A stretch of DNA of 64,000 nucleotides from Octopus vulgaris (Eukaryota), in NCBI GenBank assembly GCA_951406725.2, contig OX597814.1, positions 118,916,001-118,980,000 on the forward strand. Reading direction: 5' to 3'. The notes beneath the pieces were generated by a model, which was not told the origin of the DNA, did no database searches, and was given only the letters and a program-made list of their open reading frames with translations. Both the position numbers and the translations under genes were made by a program. Each line of letters opens with the position of its first letter. Within the stretch, counting starts at the first letter, position 1. Shown piece by piece: positions 1 through 13,852 of the stretch.

Positions 1-552
1 GCACATTTCTTTTCGTTAAAAAATTTGCTGAAACTGAGAGATATTTTCTCTGGTAGTGAATTTTCATGTACAGAACTAGCCTTGATGGCTGCTATATGCT
101 AAAAAATACCATACAAAAGATAAAATGCAGCCACGTGAGAACTTATTGGACATAGGCTTCTGGACACTGTGTGTATTATGTATAGCATGATAAATGTATC
201 ACAAATAGATGTCTAGCTGGCAAAACGGCCTTCAATATATTTCTGCTGTGATTGAAACAATTTCTAAAACACTATCTGCTGTGTGGATAAATGTTTTTCG
301 TCTGGATTTCCCTATTGAATGCTTATCAACAAAACTTCCCGTACATGTATTTTCAAAGACGGTAGAGTTTTCACACAAGAAACCAGCTTCGAGCAACGAG
401 ACATCCACTCATTGTTCAAATACCACCATGTTTTCTGAGAATTAAGATGTATCAATTACGCAATGTTTATATAATTAAATTCCTGTATGTGATATATGAC
501 ACACACACATGCACAAACAAAATCGCGTATATATGCGCATAAGTGTATACCG

Positions 553-728
<176 letters not shown>

Positions 729-1849
729 TTTCAACAACATTGAGGAACGGCCCCGATAGGCCATTCGACCCACTAGAAAGAGCAGCCAAGACTCAAACCG
801 CTAAATAGTAGTAATTCAGAAATTAAAGGAAAATTAAAAAACATTTACCCTATTTATATTTTGACAATGCATTGTTTCGACGTTCTTTATGGCAAACCAG
901 CCTAATTAAATTAAATTAAATTTAATCAAGTCAATCTACCAAATCGGAAAAGAAGCCAGGAGGAATAGATATACACGAGGCAGCAGCATTTGTGCCTCGG
1001 GAATATATACCCTAAATTTTCAAAACCACCGTAATCGCGCCAACTTATCAGCAGCAAATATAAACTGCTGTTTAACAATTATATATCCGCTGCATCGGAA
1101 ATCTCCAATGGCTCCATAACTACCGTCTCGGCTATGACCTTGGAGCCCCAGTAATCCGTTACATCACTTACCTGACATGCCTAATGGTTTAGACCACCTG
1201 TGAACTAAACCCCCATATTTTGTATAAATAGATAGATAGATACATACATACATACATACATACATACATACATACATACATACATACATACATACATACA
1301 TACATACATGCATACATATTTGCAGATAATTTAAATGCATTTAAAATAACGTGTTTCATTTTAAAGCTGATATTTGTGATCCTGAAAGCAATAGCTACTG
1401 TCTTGCTATTAATTGATATTACTTTCTTTGACGATAACCTATGTATTTCAATTGATTTTATATTTATTCTCTTGTGTAAATTAGTATTGTGAACGGTTTT
1501 GTCTTATGTACAACTAAAAATATAAACATATTCAATCTCCTATTAAAATCCTATTTGCGAAACCTTATTAATTTCGTGATCGTAATCAACATATTACTTC
1601 TGTTCAATGTACTTTGCAGTCATCATTGACGTTTTACATACGTACATATATATGTATGCGTGTGTGTGTGTGTGTGTGTGTATGTGTGTAAGTACCATTA
1701 TTTATACCACGTTGTATACACACATGACCACACACATATATACATGTAATATATAACCTTCTAAATTATCTTCTAACTTATAAATGCTCATACACATACG
1801 CAGATGTAAACAGATATAAGCGCTAACATAATTGTGTGTGTAAAGAGAG

Positions 1850-1890
<41 letters not shown>

Positions 1891-2890
1891 AAGAGATTAA
1901 TTCTTATTTCAATCACCATATTATTTTATCTAATAGTAGATCTTAATAATTGGATATTCTCTACATTTCTGGCAAATGTATTCCATCATTCGTATGCTTG
2001 TTATGAGAGGATACTTAGCCTCACAAATATTTTGCAGTCTGACTGCAAAATGTTTTTGAATCTAAGTAGATGATAACCTTACATATTTCAGATAATTATG
2101 GCAAAAAACATCCTAATGTATGCAATTCAAAATTGTAAACGTTTATTAGAAAATTCGTATAAAAGTTCGAGAGAAGAAATAATTATTTAGGTTACAATGT
2201 ATTTGTAAGACCACGTTCTCTTTCACTCATGGTGCTGACTCTGTTGTTCATATGGAGTGTCCCAGATTTACCGATGTTTGTGAATGTAGCAGTAAGGTAT
2301 TCTCAGAGAGGAGAGATACATATTCATGTGTTGTCCATTCAGAAGCCATCAGCTAAGCAGAAATGGATTTTTTTCTGGGGCTGATATCATTAAAAATTGC
2401 TGGTTGTTCAGTCGTTCGTAGCAACTAAGAATCTCACATTTCGTTTGAACGTTTGACAGTGAGAGTCCTCCAGAGAATAGCGTATAAAATACACGTTCAT
2501 TATAATGTTCTCCTTGTATTTTAACCTATACCAGTAGAACACACCCAGCAAGTATGATTTGATATCATGCATTTATAAGAATTTCAATGTGAAATAGTTA
2601 AAAAATAAATATCTCTTCGATGTAATTGGAAACAACATACTACGTTTTAGATTATATGACTTTTCAATGAGGAATTATAATAACGAATTTCAATATCAGA
2701 GAAGCTTTCGCATTGCCGCACTTCAAAGCATTAGCTTGATATGACAGACTACCACGGGTGAAAGTCCGCAGGGAAGTTAACTTTTAACATATTGCGCAAA
2801 TTTGATCAATGATCTGGAAGAGAATGTGACCTTGGCAAATAAGATCAGAATCCTCCTTGCAATGATTCTCAGTGTCTGTTGATATCCTTA

Positions 2891-3306
2891 TTCTCTTATT
2901 CTTTTACTCGTTTCAGTCATTTTCACTGCGGCCATGCTGGAGCACCGCATTTAATCGAGCAAATCGACCCCAGGACTTATACTTTATAAGACTAATACTT
3001 ATTCTATCAGTCTCTTATGACGAACCGCTAAGTTACGTGGACATCGATGGCAAGCGATGTTGGAACACACGCAAACACAAGCACAAACAAACAAACACAC
3101 ACACACACACACACAAACACACACATATATATATATATATATACGACGGGCTTCTTTTGGTTTCCGTCTGCCACATCCACTCACAAGCCTTTGGTCGACC
3201 CGAGGTTATAGTAAAAGATACTTGCCCAAGGTACCGCGCAGTGGGACTGAACCTAGAACCATGTGGTTGGATAGCAAGCTAATCACCACACAGCCACTCC
3301 TGCACC
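2891..3306 (-). mobile_element. tRNA-derived SINE family B (CORE-like body, internal microsatellite, LINE-like 3' tail)
   Basis: Minus strand GGTGCAGGAGTGGCTGTGTGGT head, CCTTGGGCAAG body, GCGGTGCTCCAGCATGGCCGCAG tail; matches copies at 8.1, 12.8, 29.3, 38.6 and 61.9 kb. Confidence 0.9.
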
Positions 3307-4122
3307 TATGGTCAGATAGCATGCTGGAAATATCAGAAAACTTTATATCGTTAACCTTAATGTTTTCTACGTCGGAGCAGGTCTCCAATACAAAGAGACA
3401 AATATAGCAAAATATAGCAAAATTGATTTATGGTAATTTTGCTAATAACAAAAAAAAGAAAACGAGTTTGAAAGTACATCAATAAACATGTTATATATGT
3501 TTCCTACACTATAGAAACATGGAGACATATGTTCCCGTTACACAATAAAAATATATGCAAGCGTAAGTCTATACAAATGTATTGCTTAAAAGTTACTGTA
3601 ACTTCTTAAAATTTTACAAAGACAGCCTTTAAGAATGTGGTCGGTGGAAAACACCGGATGCTGCTATTCTATACCTGAGCATTGATACTTCCATTTTAAG
3701 GTTATAAAGAAGGCTTTCAGTTGGCTAATCGTTCCCCATTGGATGTTCACTCTACTCTTTAAAGATTACTTTCTAAAGAGAGACAAAGAAGACAAAGGTT
3801 CTCCACCTTTCTACAGATTACACCCTTCTCAATATGAATCAGCAATAACTACGTTACTTTTCGTGATTTGAAATATCAAGTGAAAGTAAGCCTTAAAGAG
3901 AAATCAATGAAAATCAATTTTTAATTTTTTTTTTACTTATTTTAATAACCGTGAAGGCACATCAGCACATAGATTTATAGTTGCAAGATGTCACACAGTT
4001 TGTTTTTTTTTATTTTGTGGGTGAGAAATTTCAAATAATGCATTTACTATTACAAACTCTTCATAGCTGCTACTCATGTAGGCAAAATTACAACACCACT
4101 CACTCACAATCATGTTTGTGCA

Positions 4123-4128
<6 letters not shown>

Positions 4129-4220
<92 letters not shown>

Positions 4221-4396
4221 TGATCACTAAATCCTCACCTTTTATTCTCTGTCTGTTTATTTTATCTTATTCCTTTCTGTTGAAGCGATTACGATCGAAA
4301 CGTAAAAGACTTGTTTTACTTTAATATACAAACTAATATACATTCTAGTTGTTCATACACCAGTCTTCGTCTTTCGTGTTTCTATAAATTTCCACC

Positions 4397-4453
<57 letters not shown>

Positions 4454-4463
4454 ATATATATAC

Positions 4464-4547
<84 letters not shown>

Positions 4548-4569
4548 TAAGATGAATAAATAGATAGAC

Positions 4570-4618
<49 letters not shown>

Positions 4619-4645
4619 CATACATACATACATACATACATAGAT
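4129..4645. repeat. (TG)n, (TA)n, (GA)n, (GATA)n microsatellite cluster
   Basis: Direct reading of the sequence. Confidence 0.9.
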
Positions 4646-5244
4646 ATATACATAAGAACGCGTTTTTCGTTGCAAACATTGGCAAAACATACCTTTGGTT
4701 CCTATAAATAATTTCTACCAATCTATAAAATGTGACCTTTAAATGTCTCCTTGCATTTAATTTACCCTAAATATATCTATTTCCACACCTTTAAGCTTCA
4801 TCCCCATCCATCTATCGCACTACACTTCTCAACTCTTGTTTCTTCTGCTATTTTCTTTCTTTCTCCTTCTATTTCTCTGAATTGCATTTGACGTTAAATC
4901 TATTATTAACGGTTTATTTTTTTTTTCAAATAACTTACCAGCTTTCCGTTCATCGTATACGCAGTCATCACATTCGGTTAAAATGGCTTATTTATGTGTT
5001 TTGTTTCTCTTTTTTCCCCAGACGGGAAGATATGTCGGAAGTATAAAGATTTGAATAACACCTGCGTTTAACTCCATTTCTTTCTTTATCTGTTATACAA
5101 AAACATTTCACTAAACACTGGGATTTCTTCCTTTATAAATAAGCTATAACATCCTTGGCACTCATGAGAATTTTTTGCTACCTCAGTAACTATTTATTTA
5201 TTTATTCGTGTTACTTGTACACATTGATAAAATACACATACATT

Positions 5245-5330
<86 letters not shown>

Positions 5331-5639
5331 CATGTAAGCAATGATATGGGAGCATTTAGTATCCGGGAGACCCAAAATGGAAGTAAGGCTATGTAAGTGC
5401 AACGGAAGGACCGTAGTTACATTTCCGCTTCAATAATAGTATGAGTGAAGAGTATAATACTGGTCGTGTGTGAGCAGAATTTTCACGCTGCCTTGCATTT
5501 GTTGTCTAATTTTATTTAACATATATATGCATGTATATATATATATGTATGTATGTATGGAGGTATGTATGTATATATATGCATATATGTGTATATGTAT
5601 ATATACACACACACATATATATCAATATATATACATATG

Positions 5640-5671
<32 letters not shown>

Positions 5672-5756
5672 CAAATATATATATATACATATACACACAC
5701 ACACATATATATATATAGATATATATGTATACATATATATGTGCAAACGCAAATAC

Positions 5757-5816
5757 AGGCGAAATTCCGCTAAGCATTTCACCTGGCGTGCTCACGATTC
5801 TAGCAGCTCGCCGCCT
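5757..5816 (-). mobile_element. SINE family A, 5' head fragment
   Basis: Reverse complement of GGCGGCGAGCTG.TAGAATCGTGAGCACGCC, as in full copies. Confidence 0.75.
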
Positions 5817-6384
5817 GACAAACGTTTCAAAATATTGCCAAACTGCTCTTATATGGTCGCAGCAGTGTAAGTCACCTACTAGGCGAGGAAAGGACGTTGT
5901 CAGTGGAAACTGAAGAGACTGGGAGTTTGAGAGAGGATAGAGAGAGAAAAGCAAAAAGTAAAAGGTTATAAAGAGATTGGTAGCATAGGTATGAGAATAG
6001 AGAAAACATGAGAGATAAGAAACGATGTGGGAGGAAGAGAAGGGAAAAGTGCTAGTTAAATAAACAAATAATATATTCAAATAAGTCCTCTCCTAAATCT
6101 ATCCAGACAGTGTGGAATCTGCAAAACCTTGAAATAAATACTACGAGACATCTACACCGATGTTATTCATTTTCGTCCAACCATCGCCCAGAAATATCAT
6201 TCTGTTTTTATCCATATAGAAATTATAAAATCAGATTTGACCTGGTCACGATATGAATTCAGATCGCCGATTGTCGGATCAAATTTTGCCTGAAACTCTA
6301 AACCCTCTACCAAATCCTCTCCTGTTTGGAAACAATGGATGAGTGTAAAATATTCAAAGCTCAAGTAATTATACTAGTTTTGAT

Positions 6385-6592
6385 ATTTTGACACAAGGCC
6401 AGTAATTTTGAGTTATTAATAAAAGTCTATCCCATCGAACACAGTGTTCCGACTGGCACTGATTTGCTCGGCCCTAAAAGGATAAGAAACAAAGTAAACC
6501 ACAGAGCCATTTAAGATTAGAGCGTAAATATTGACAAAATGCCGCAGAGCATTTTGCTCATCACACTAACGATTCTGTCCGCTCACTACCTT
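6385..6592 (-). mobile_element. SINE family A, old diverged copy
   Basis: Degenerate match to family A body and TTTTGACACAAGGCCAG 3' end. Confidence 0.6.
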
Positions 6593-6746
6593 AATTCAGG
6601 GAATAACAATACATTTTAGTTATCGGGATAGAAAGACAAATTTACGTGTAACGACTGCGAATGTGCGTGTGTGTGTGTTTGAATGTGTGTATATATATAT
6701 AAATATGCGGGTGTTTTTGTTCAATCATGCATCTATATATATATGT

Positions 6747-6800
<54 letters not shown>

Positions 6801-6836
6801 AGGTATGTATGCCTAAATTAAGTACGTTTATACAAG

Positions 6837-6929
6837 TGTGTATATGTGGTTAAGAGCGCGGACTACTAACCCCAAGTTTCCGAGTTCGTTTCCAGGCTGT
6901 GACCTGAATAATAATAATAATAGTAATAC

Positions 6930-7017
<88 letters not shown>

Positions 7018-7024
7018 GTTGTTG

Positions 7025-7064
<40 letters not shown>

Positions 7065-7200
7065 CATCATCATTATAACATTGAAAAAATACATTAGAAA
7101 TGAGAACACAGGTTTGAAACGTCCCCAAAACACCTGATGAAAGTTGAAGGGTATATCAGCCGAAACATTGTTAACAACAAACAAGAAGAGGACAAATGTA
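6837..7200 (+). mobile_element. tRNA-like-headed repeat with internal (AAT)n/(ATT)n and a hammerhead-like 3' part
   Basis: A-box-like GTGGTTAAGAGCG, B-box-like GAGTTCGTTTCC; CTGATGA...CGAAAC at 7134-7166. Confidence 0.55.
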
Positions 7201-7372
7201 AATAATATAAAAGTGTGTGCATACACGTATAAATGTGTATGTTTATAGATATATATCTATGTCCATGTATGTATGTATATATATTTATGCACATGTATAT
7301 ATGTATATATATATATGTGTGTGTGTGTGCGTGTAAATATATATGACTGTGTTCACGTATGTGTGTGTGTGT

Positions 7373-7688
7373 GGTGAAGTCTCATAGCTCATTGGTTACA
7401 GCGTCGGGCTCGCAATCATGTGGTAGTGAGTTCGACTTCTGGTATTGAATGTATTTTGTGTTCTTGAGCAAGACACTTTATTTCACGTTGCTCCTGTTCC
7501 CTCAATTGTAGAATTGAGTTGCTACGTCACTAGTTCCAAGCTGCAATGGCCTTTGCCTTTCCCGTGGATAAGATTAGTGATGTGGAGAGGGAAGTCTAGT
7601 AGGCACTTGCACCTGCTGGTCACCATTAAACGACCTTACACGGGGATAACTTTCTAGGTGCAATCTCCTGGACATTCATGGCCGAAGG
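7373..7688 (+). mobile_element. tRNA-derived SINE family D (CORE-like body)
   Basis: TAGCTCATTGGTTA A box, GAGTTCGACT B box, TTGTGTTCTTGAGCAAGACACTT body shared with the 24.8 kb copy. Confidence 0.7.
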
Positions 7689-7761
7689 AAAAAAGAGAAA
7701 CGAACACACAATTCAGAGAGAGTAGTATTAAAAATAGCCGTTACCAAATATGGATGTATAT

Positions 7762-7993
7762 GTTTCTTTACTACACACAAGGGGCTAAACATAAAGGGGA
7801 CAAACAAGAACAGACAAACGAATTTAAGTCGATTATATCGACCCCAGTGCGTAAATGGTACTTAATTTATCGACCCCGAAAGGATGAAAGGCAAAGTCGA
7901 CCTCGGCGGAATTTGAACTCGGAACCTAACGGTAGACGAAATACGGCTACGCATTTCGCCAGGCGTGCTAACGGTTCTGCCAGCTCGCCGCCT
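7762..7993 (-). mobile_element. SINE family A, full length
   Basis: GGCGGCGAGCTGGCAGAA head, GAGTTCAAATTCC B box, GCCTTTCATCCTTTCGGGGTCGATAAATTAAGTACC central domain (Meta-SINE-like). Confidence 0.9.
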
Positions 7994-8148
7994 TAATATA
8001 GATGTATAAACGCCCTCGCGCAAGCTGCACGGCGCGTGTACACTCGCACATACAAGCATCTGCGAAAATGTAAGGATACGCACACGTGTGACTTGGTGCA
8101 CTCACGACCACAAAGCGAATTAAACAGCTCCTTGGTGTTTATAAGTAT

Positions 8149-9012
8149 ACTCTTTACTTTTTTACTTCTTTCAGTCATTTGACTGCAGCCATGCGGGAGC
8201 ACAGCATTTAGTCGAGCAAATGGACCCCAGGACTTATATTTTGTAAGCCTAGTACTTATTCGATCGGTCACTTTTGCCGAACCGCTAAGTTATAGGTACA
8301 GAAACACACCAGCATCGGTTGTCAAGCGATGTTGGGGGGACAAACACACACACACACATATAATACATATATGGAGCGTAGGCGGGAAAGATATGCCATA
8401 ATATACATCTGGAAGATCCTGGAGGGAAGTGTCCTGAACTTTGGCATCGAGAGTTACGCAAATGCCAGAACTGGGCGCCACTGCGTGGTGCCTAGGACTC
8501 CAAACCTGCCATCAAGATGTAGGACAAGATTCTGTGATAGCCTGGGCTTCCGAGGCCCACAGCTCTTCAATATCCTCCCGAAGAACCTGAGGGACCTGCA
8601 TGGGCTGGATACAGATGTCTATAAAATGAAGCTGGATCTCTTCCTGTCAGGTGTCCCAGATGAACCAACTTCACGGCAGGAGGGGCAGATGAGGGCAGCT
8701 GCATCGAACTCTCTCATGCACCAAATAGCAGTTGCTAGAAAGCCTCCATGAAGTGAAACCAAGTAGCAACACCAAATGGCGGTGCCCCAGCATGGCCACA
8801 GCTCATAAGCTGAAACTAGAATCAATCAATCAATCAATCAATCATATACGGCTGCCTTCTTTTCAGTTTCCGTCTACCAAATCCACTCACAAGGCTTTGT
8901 TTGGCCCGAGACTTTAGTAGAAAACACCTGCCCAAGGTGCCACGCAGTGGGACTGAACCAGGAGCCATGTGGTTGGTAAGCAAGCTACTTACCACACAGC
9001 CACTCCTGCGCC
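8149..9012 (-). mobile_element. SINE family B interrupted by a LINE 3' fragment
   Basis: 3' half at 8149-8370, 5' half at 8845-9012; colinear with intact copies. Confidence 0.9.
8372..8844 (+). mobile_element. 5'-truncated CR1/L2-group LINE: ORF2 C-terminus, 3' UTR, (ATCA)n tail
   Basis: ERRRERYAIIYIWKIL...GPQLFNILP...KMKLDLFL, typical of CR1-group ORF2 C-termini; short tandem-repeat tail. Confidence 0.85.
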
Positions 9013-9207
9013 TATGGGAGGTTAAAACTAAACTTAATTCATCCATGCTTTAAAGTAAATTATGTTAACAATTACTCAGATTCATTCCCACTGCATTGTG
9101 CGAAACGAGTGTGTGATTGTAGATGGCGAGTACGTGAGTACGTATGCAGGTGTGCGTGTGTCTGAGTGAGTATATGTATGTACATGTGTGTGTGTATATA
9201 TATATAC

Positions 9208-9255
<48 letters not shown>

Positions 9256-9301
9256 TAGTATACTAGTCCACTAGTAATAATAATTTATTATTTAATTATT
9301 A

Positions 9302-9351
<50 letters not shown>

Positions 9352-9355
<4 letters not shown>

Positions 9356-9543
9356 GGAAAGTTTACGAAAATAAACAAAAGACAAAGGCAGGTGGAGTAC
9401 AAACAAAGAAATGTATTAGTATAGCGCTCAGGAATAGAAATAGAAAAAGTCTTTTACGTTTCAAGCCTACGCTCTTCGACAGAAAGATACACAGAAAAAA
9501 ACAAGGAGAGAAACAAGGAGAGAAAAAAAATGTGTAGGAGCTA

Positions 9544-9545
<2 letters not shown>
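9352..9545 (-). mobile_element. (TA)n-embedded short repeat, Penelope-like terminal-repeat derivative with hammerhead-like motif
   Basis: Same family at 45192-45381 and 46186-46378; motif at 9450-9487. Confidence 0.65.
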
Positions 9546-9631
<86 letters not shown>

Positions 9632-10316
9632 ATATATCAACAATCATCATAAATTTCCTCACGCCCATCAAACTAATTTTTGGAATCTATTTCACTACTT
9701 GAAATAAGTATGCGGTGAATCAGAATGATTGGCTGTTGTTATATTCACATTTTATATAACAACAACGTTTCATTTCTGTCTGTTAAGAGACTTTAATCTA
9801 ATGACAGTACGACGCTTATCAGCTGCGAGTTCTAAATATTTCATCAATAGAAATCGTTATCGTACATCTCGAATACACAATGACATATTGTGTAGCGTTT
9901 TTACCTGCTTTCCAGTCTGTTGAAATGAAATACACAGTTTATGTAAAAATATACGTAATCTTTTTTTCTTTTTTTTTTTTTCTTAATTTGTCGAATATAT
10001 GTGTTTAATGTATAATTAATAGTACTCGAAATTTTTCCAAAGTTTTGTTGTTTTTTTTAGATATATCAACTATTTTCGTTTGTTTTTTTTTTAGATATAT
10101 CAACAATGTGTTAAAGCTTCGAATTATAAGTAATTATTCGCACCTCACAAGTATATGAGGATGTTTCACTATACGTACAAACATACATAGAAATATACGT
10201 ACAAGCATGTTTGTGCATTTGTGTATGTATATATATATATATATATATGCATTTATAAATGTTTGCTTATATACATAGTTGATAACACTAAGTTAGGAGA
10301 AGTTGGATTTGGTATT

Positions 10317-10533
10317 CGGCGAGCTGGCAGAATCGTTAGCACGCCGGACGAAATGCCTAGCGGTATTTCGTCTGCCGCTACGTTCTGAGTTCAAATTCCG
10401 CCGAGGTCGACTTTGCCTTTCATCCTTTCGGGGTCGATAAATTAAGTAATAGTTACGCACTGGGGGGTCAATGTAATCGATTTAATCCGTTTGTCCCCTC
10501 TGTGTTTAGCCCCTTGTGGGTAGTAAAGAAATA
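10317..10533 (+). mobile_element. SINE family A
   Basis: Near-identical to other family A copies. Confidence 0.9.
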
Positions 10534-10655
10534 TGTATTAATCTTCAAATTGTACGACGATCGTTTCGATCCAAACTGCTTCTTCTGTACCTTACATTAA
10601 CACATTAATCAAAATATATCCATAAGTACAAAATATTACATACATGTATACATGA

Positions 10656-10716
<61 letters not shown>

Positions 10717-11537
10717 TGTGTATGTATACACATATGTGTGTATATATATGTATATATGTATGTATTTGTGTGTGTGTGTGTATAGACATATGTGTGTGTA
10801 TATATATGTATATATGTATGTATTTGTGTGTGTGTGTGATTATGTTTATATGTAGGCTAGATATTTGGTTCTATTCATGTATTAACTAAAACCTCTCATC
10901 TATATCTTAATACGAAAATGTCGTACTTTAAATAAAAAACAGATCCTTGGAACTGAGACAAATACACACTCAGTATATATCATAAACCCATTTTCTCTTA
11001 CACAAAGACCAGTAGATTCAAGATTTACAACTATTCCCCTTTCACAATAAATTATTTACCTAATCGTGACATACAAACTGGAATCTTGTTGAGTCCTGTA
11101 TCGAGTGAAGAAAACAGTAACACTAAACACAGAGTTTATGAATTATTACTGTATAAACTGGGAAGAAAGCGAAACACCTTTTTAAATAAGATACTCGGCA
11201 CAATATACAGTGCAGTCATTGTTGCTAGGTTAAAGTAAGTTCCATTACCTCTAACTTTATGAAAGACAAACAGAGAGCTTTGAACAGAGAACGTATGTGA
11301 TGCAAAAGAATGCTTCCATTATCTTTGAAATGTCGGAAGTCAGAGCGATGGCTGAATATTTCGCAGATTAGATGGCAGGCGTTTCATAGCAATGGGATAT
11401 ATTCTACCGTTTCAAAAATCGAAAGGTATGCCTGTATGAAGGAATAATCAGGGATAGTTTCTGGGATCATTGCTTAAAAGTAACGTACAGACATTTGTGA
11501 CGTCTGTGACAGCTTGTAGGCTGATACTTAGATAATA

Positions 11538-11749
11538 CTAGCTGTATAACCCGGGCTTGCCCAGGATTAACTTAGGATTATTAAGCTAATCAAGTTCTTT
11601 ATTTCAAACCAAACTACGTAACATCGACGTAAAATTTAGGCGAAATCCGTTGAAATTCGTTTATATATATAGATGGGCAACACACACACACATACACACA
11701 CGTGCGTGTGTACACCTATTGCATACATGCTTTTTGTACGCATACATGT

Positions 11750-11804
<55 letters not shown>

Positions 11805-12128
11805 CTGTATGTCAACAAAACACTTTTTTCTGGATGGAAAAAAAAACAACAAAAGTCTTGACAAAAATACAAGTCTCTAGAAGGGGACTTCATTCCTGTT
11901 TGCAGACAATGGTTATTTCTCCGACTTCAAAATTGTTAAAAGTTTTGGTTGAAAATTTATTTTTACTGCTATTCGCTGGTGCCTCTGGTAAAAATAAGTT
12001 GACGAAAACAGTTAGGCTCATGAGGAATGTCCTCCTGAAACTGGAGAGACATGCGTGCTAATTTGTGGACGGGCATAAATTACATTCAGGTACACACACA
12101 CATACATCCTGACTTTTATATACACTGA
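11538..12128 (-). mobile_element. Non-autonomous Helitron, possibly composite
   Basis: Minus strand A|TC...GC-rich hairpin...CTAG|T termini (CTAG at 11538-11541); architecture like 32039-32407. Confidence 0.65.
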
Positions 12129-12754
12129 TATGTAGGTGGTGGCGCAGTTAATGGAATGAAGCTGGGGAAGTTGGAGACGTATTAATAGTAAATGTTGTGT
12201 AGACTTTTCTGCAAAATAGTCAGCTAACGTAGAGTATTTCTTCGAAGGCTATCGTATACTGAGTAACCATAACTGAGATGTAGAGTTGAGGAAAATTCTC
12301 CAACAATTATATAGTTCCTTTATGTAAGGAGCTACTTTTGGAGGTGCGAGAGATGCTTACAACAAATGTGGATAAGACTGTTCGTTTTGATAAGACTGTT
12401 CGTTTCTTCCGAGCATTCTATGCCGCAATATTACCCTGTAGGCCGGTAGCTTACATTCACACCATTTTGACAAATCGAATGTTTTGTGGAGGGAACACAT
12501 TTTGTCACTTGTTTACTTTACTCTGGTGGATTACAGAAGGAACTATTGCGACCAAATAGACTTAGCATAAAAAGGAGGAAGTACCATATTTGGGTGTGTC
12601 TTTGTTCGTGACATTTTAGTAACAGTCAGATGATTTAATAAGTCTAGACACATTTCCGACGTAAGAAAGATACCAAATGAATTCAGAGTGTTTTTATACA
12701 CCAACTTCTTATTTGTAACTTACTCACGTTACAAAATTGCTCCTATAATCCTAA

Positions 12755-13108
12755 TTGGTTCCGGGTTCTGGCCCACTGCATGGCACTTTGGGCAGATGTA
12801 TTGTACTATAGCCTCGAGCCGACCAAATCCTTGTGAGTGGATTTGGTAGACGGAAACTGAAAGAAGCGCGTCGTATATATGTATGTATATATATGTGTGT
12901 ATATGTTTGCGTGTCTGTGTTTGTACCCCCTATATCGCTTGACAACCGATGCTGGTGTGATTATGTCCCCGTAACTTAGCGGTTCGGCCAAAGAGAACGA
13001 TAGAATAAGTACTAGGCTTACAAAGAGTAAGTCCTGACGTCCATTTGCTCGACTAAAAGTGTTGCTCCAGCATGGCCACAGTCAAATGACTGAAACAAGT
13101 AAAAGAGT
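12755..13108 (+). mobile_element. SINE family B, 5'-truncated
   Basis: Colinear with family B body and tail. Confidence 0.85.
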
Positions 13109-13852
13109 ATACATTCAAATAAATATTTTCTGAATTTCTCAATAAAACTTCCATAATTAGAAGCAGATTCAGGCTCATTGTTTGAAATTGGTTTTAATAC
13201 TGATCCACAAAGAACCTTTCCATACAACGGTTTAAATGTTTGAATTTGTCCAAGACAGTTACTGTACATTGATTTACTAGTTGGAAATTACGCAAAATAC
13301 GGGAACGCAAATGTTGGGAAGCATGATGTTTTTATTCGACATCAGTTGGTAGAGAGTTATGAGTGTTTGTGGTTTGTGAGACTATGTGGTTTGTTGTTTT
13401 GCAGATAGAATTTTGTTAATTTTTGTGACAGCAGTATTTTTAGTATCGTATATTCAGAAACCAGGGGATTGTTAATTTAAAATTAAAATATAGCCATTTC
13501 AAACCTTGGGGATCTAGAATTCTCTGAGCGATAAATTTAAACTTTCGAATTAGAATACTTATTTTTGAATTACCATTTATGCCATTTCTGATGTTAATTT
13601 CGAATAGACAAAGAAAAACTACTGCCACAAGGACGATTCCCAGCTTATACATTTCTATAGATTTATACATACCCTATTGTGTCTCTTAAATTCAGTTCAT
13701 CACAGGCTGATGTGATCTGCTACTTGCACTATGAAAACCAGAATCAGGATCACTGATCTCCAGTGGTCGGTGACTAAACCGGCTCCACAACCTGAGTATT
13801 TTTCTAGACTTAAGATGAGGGTGTCTGGATACTCATCAGAATTAAAACCAAA

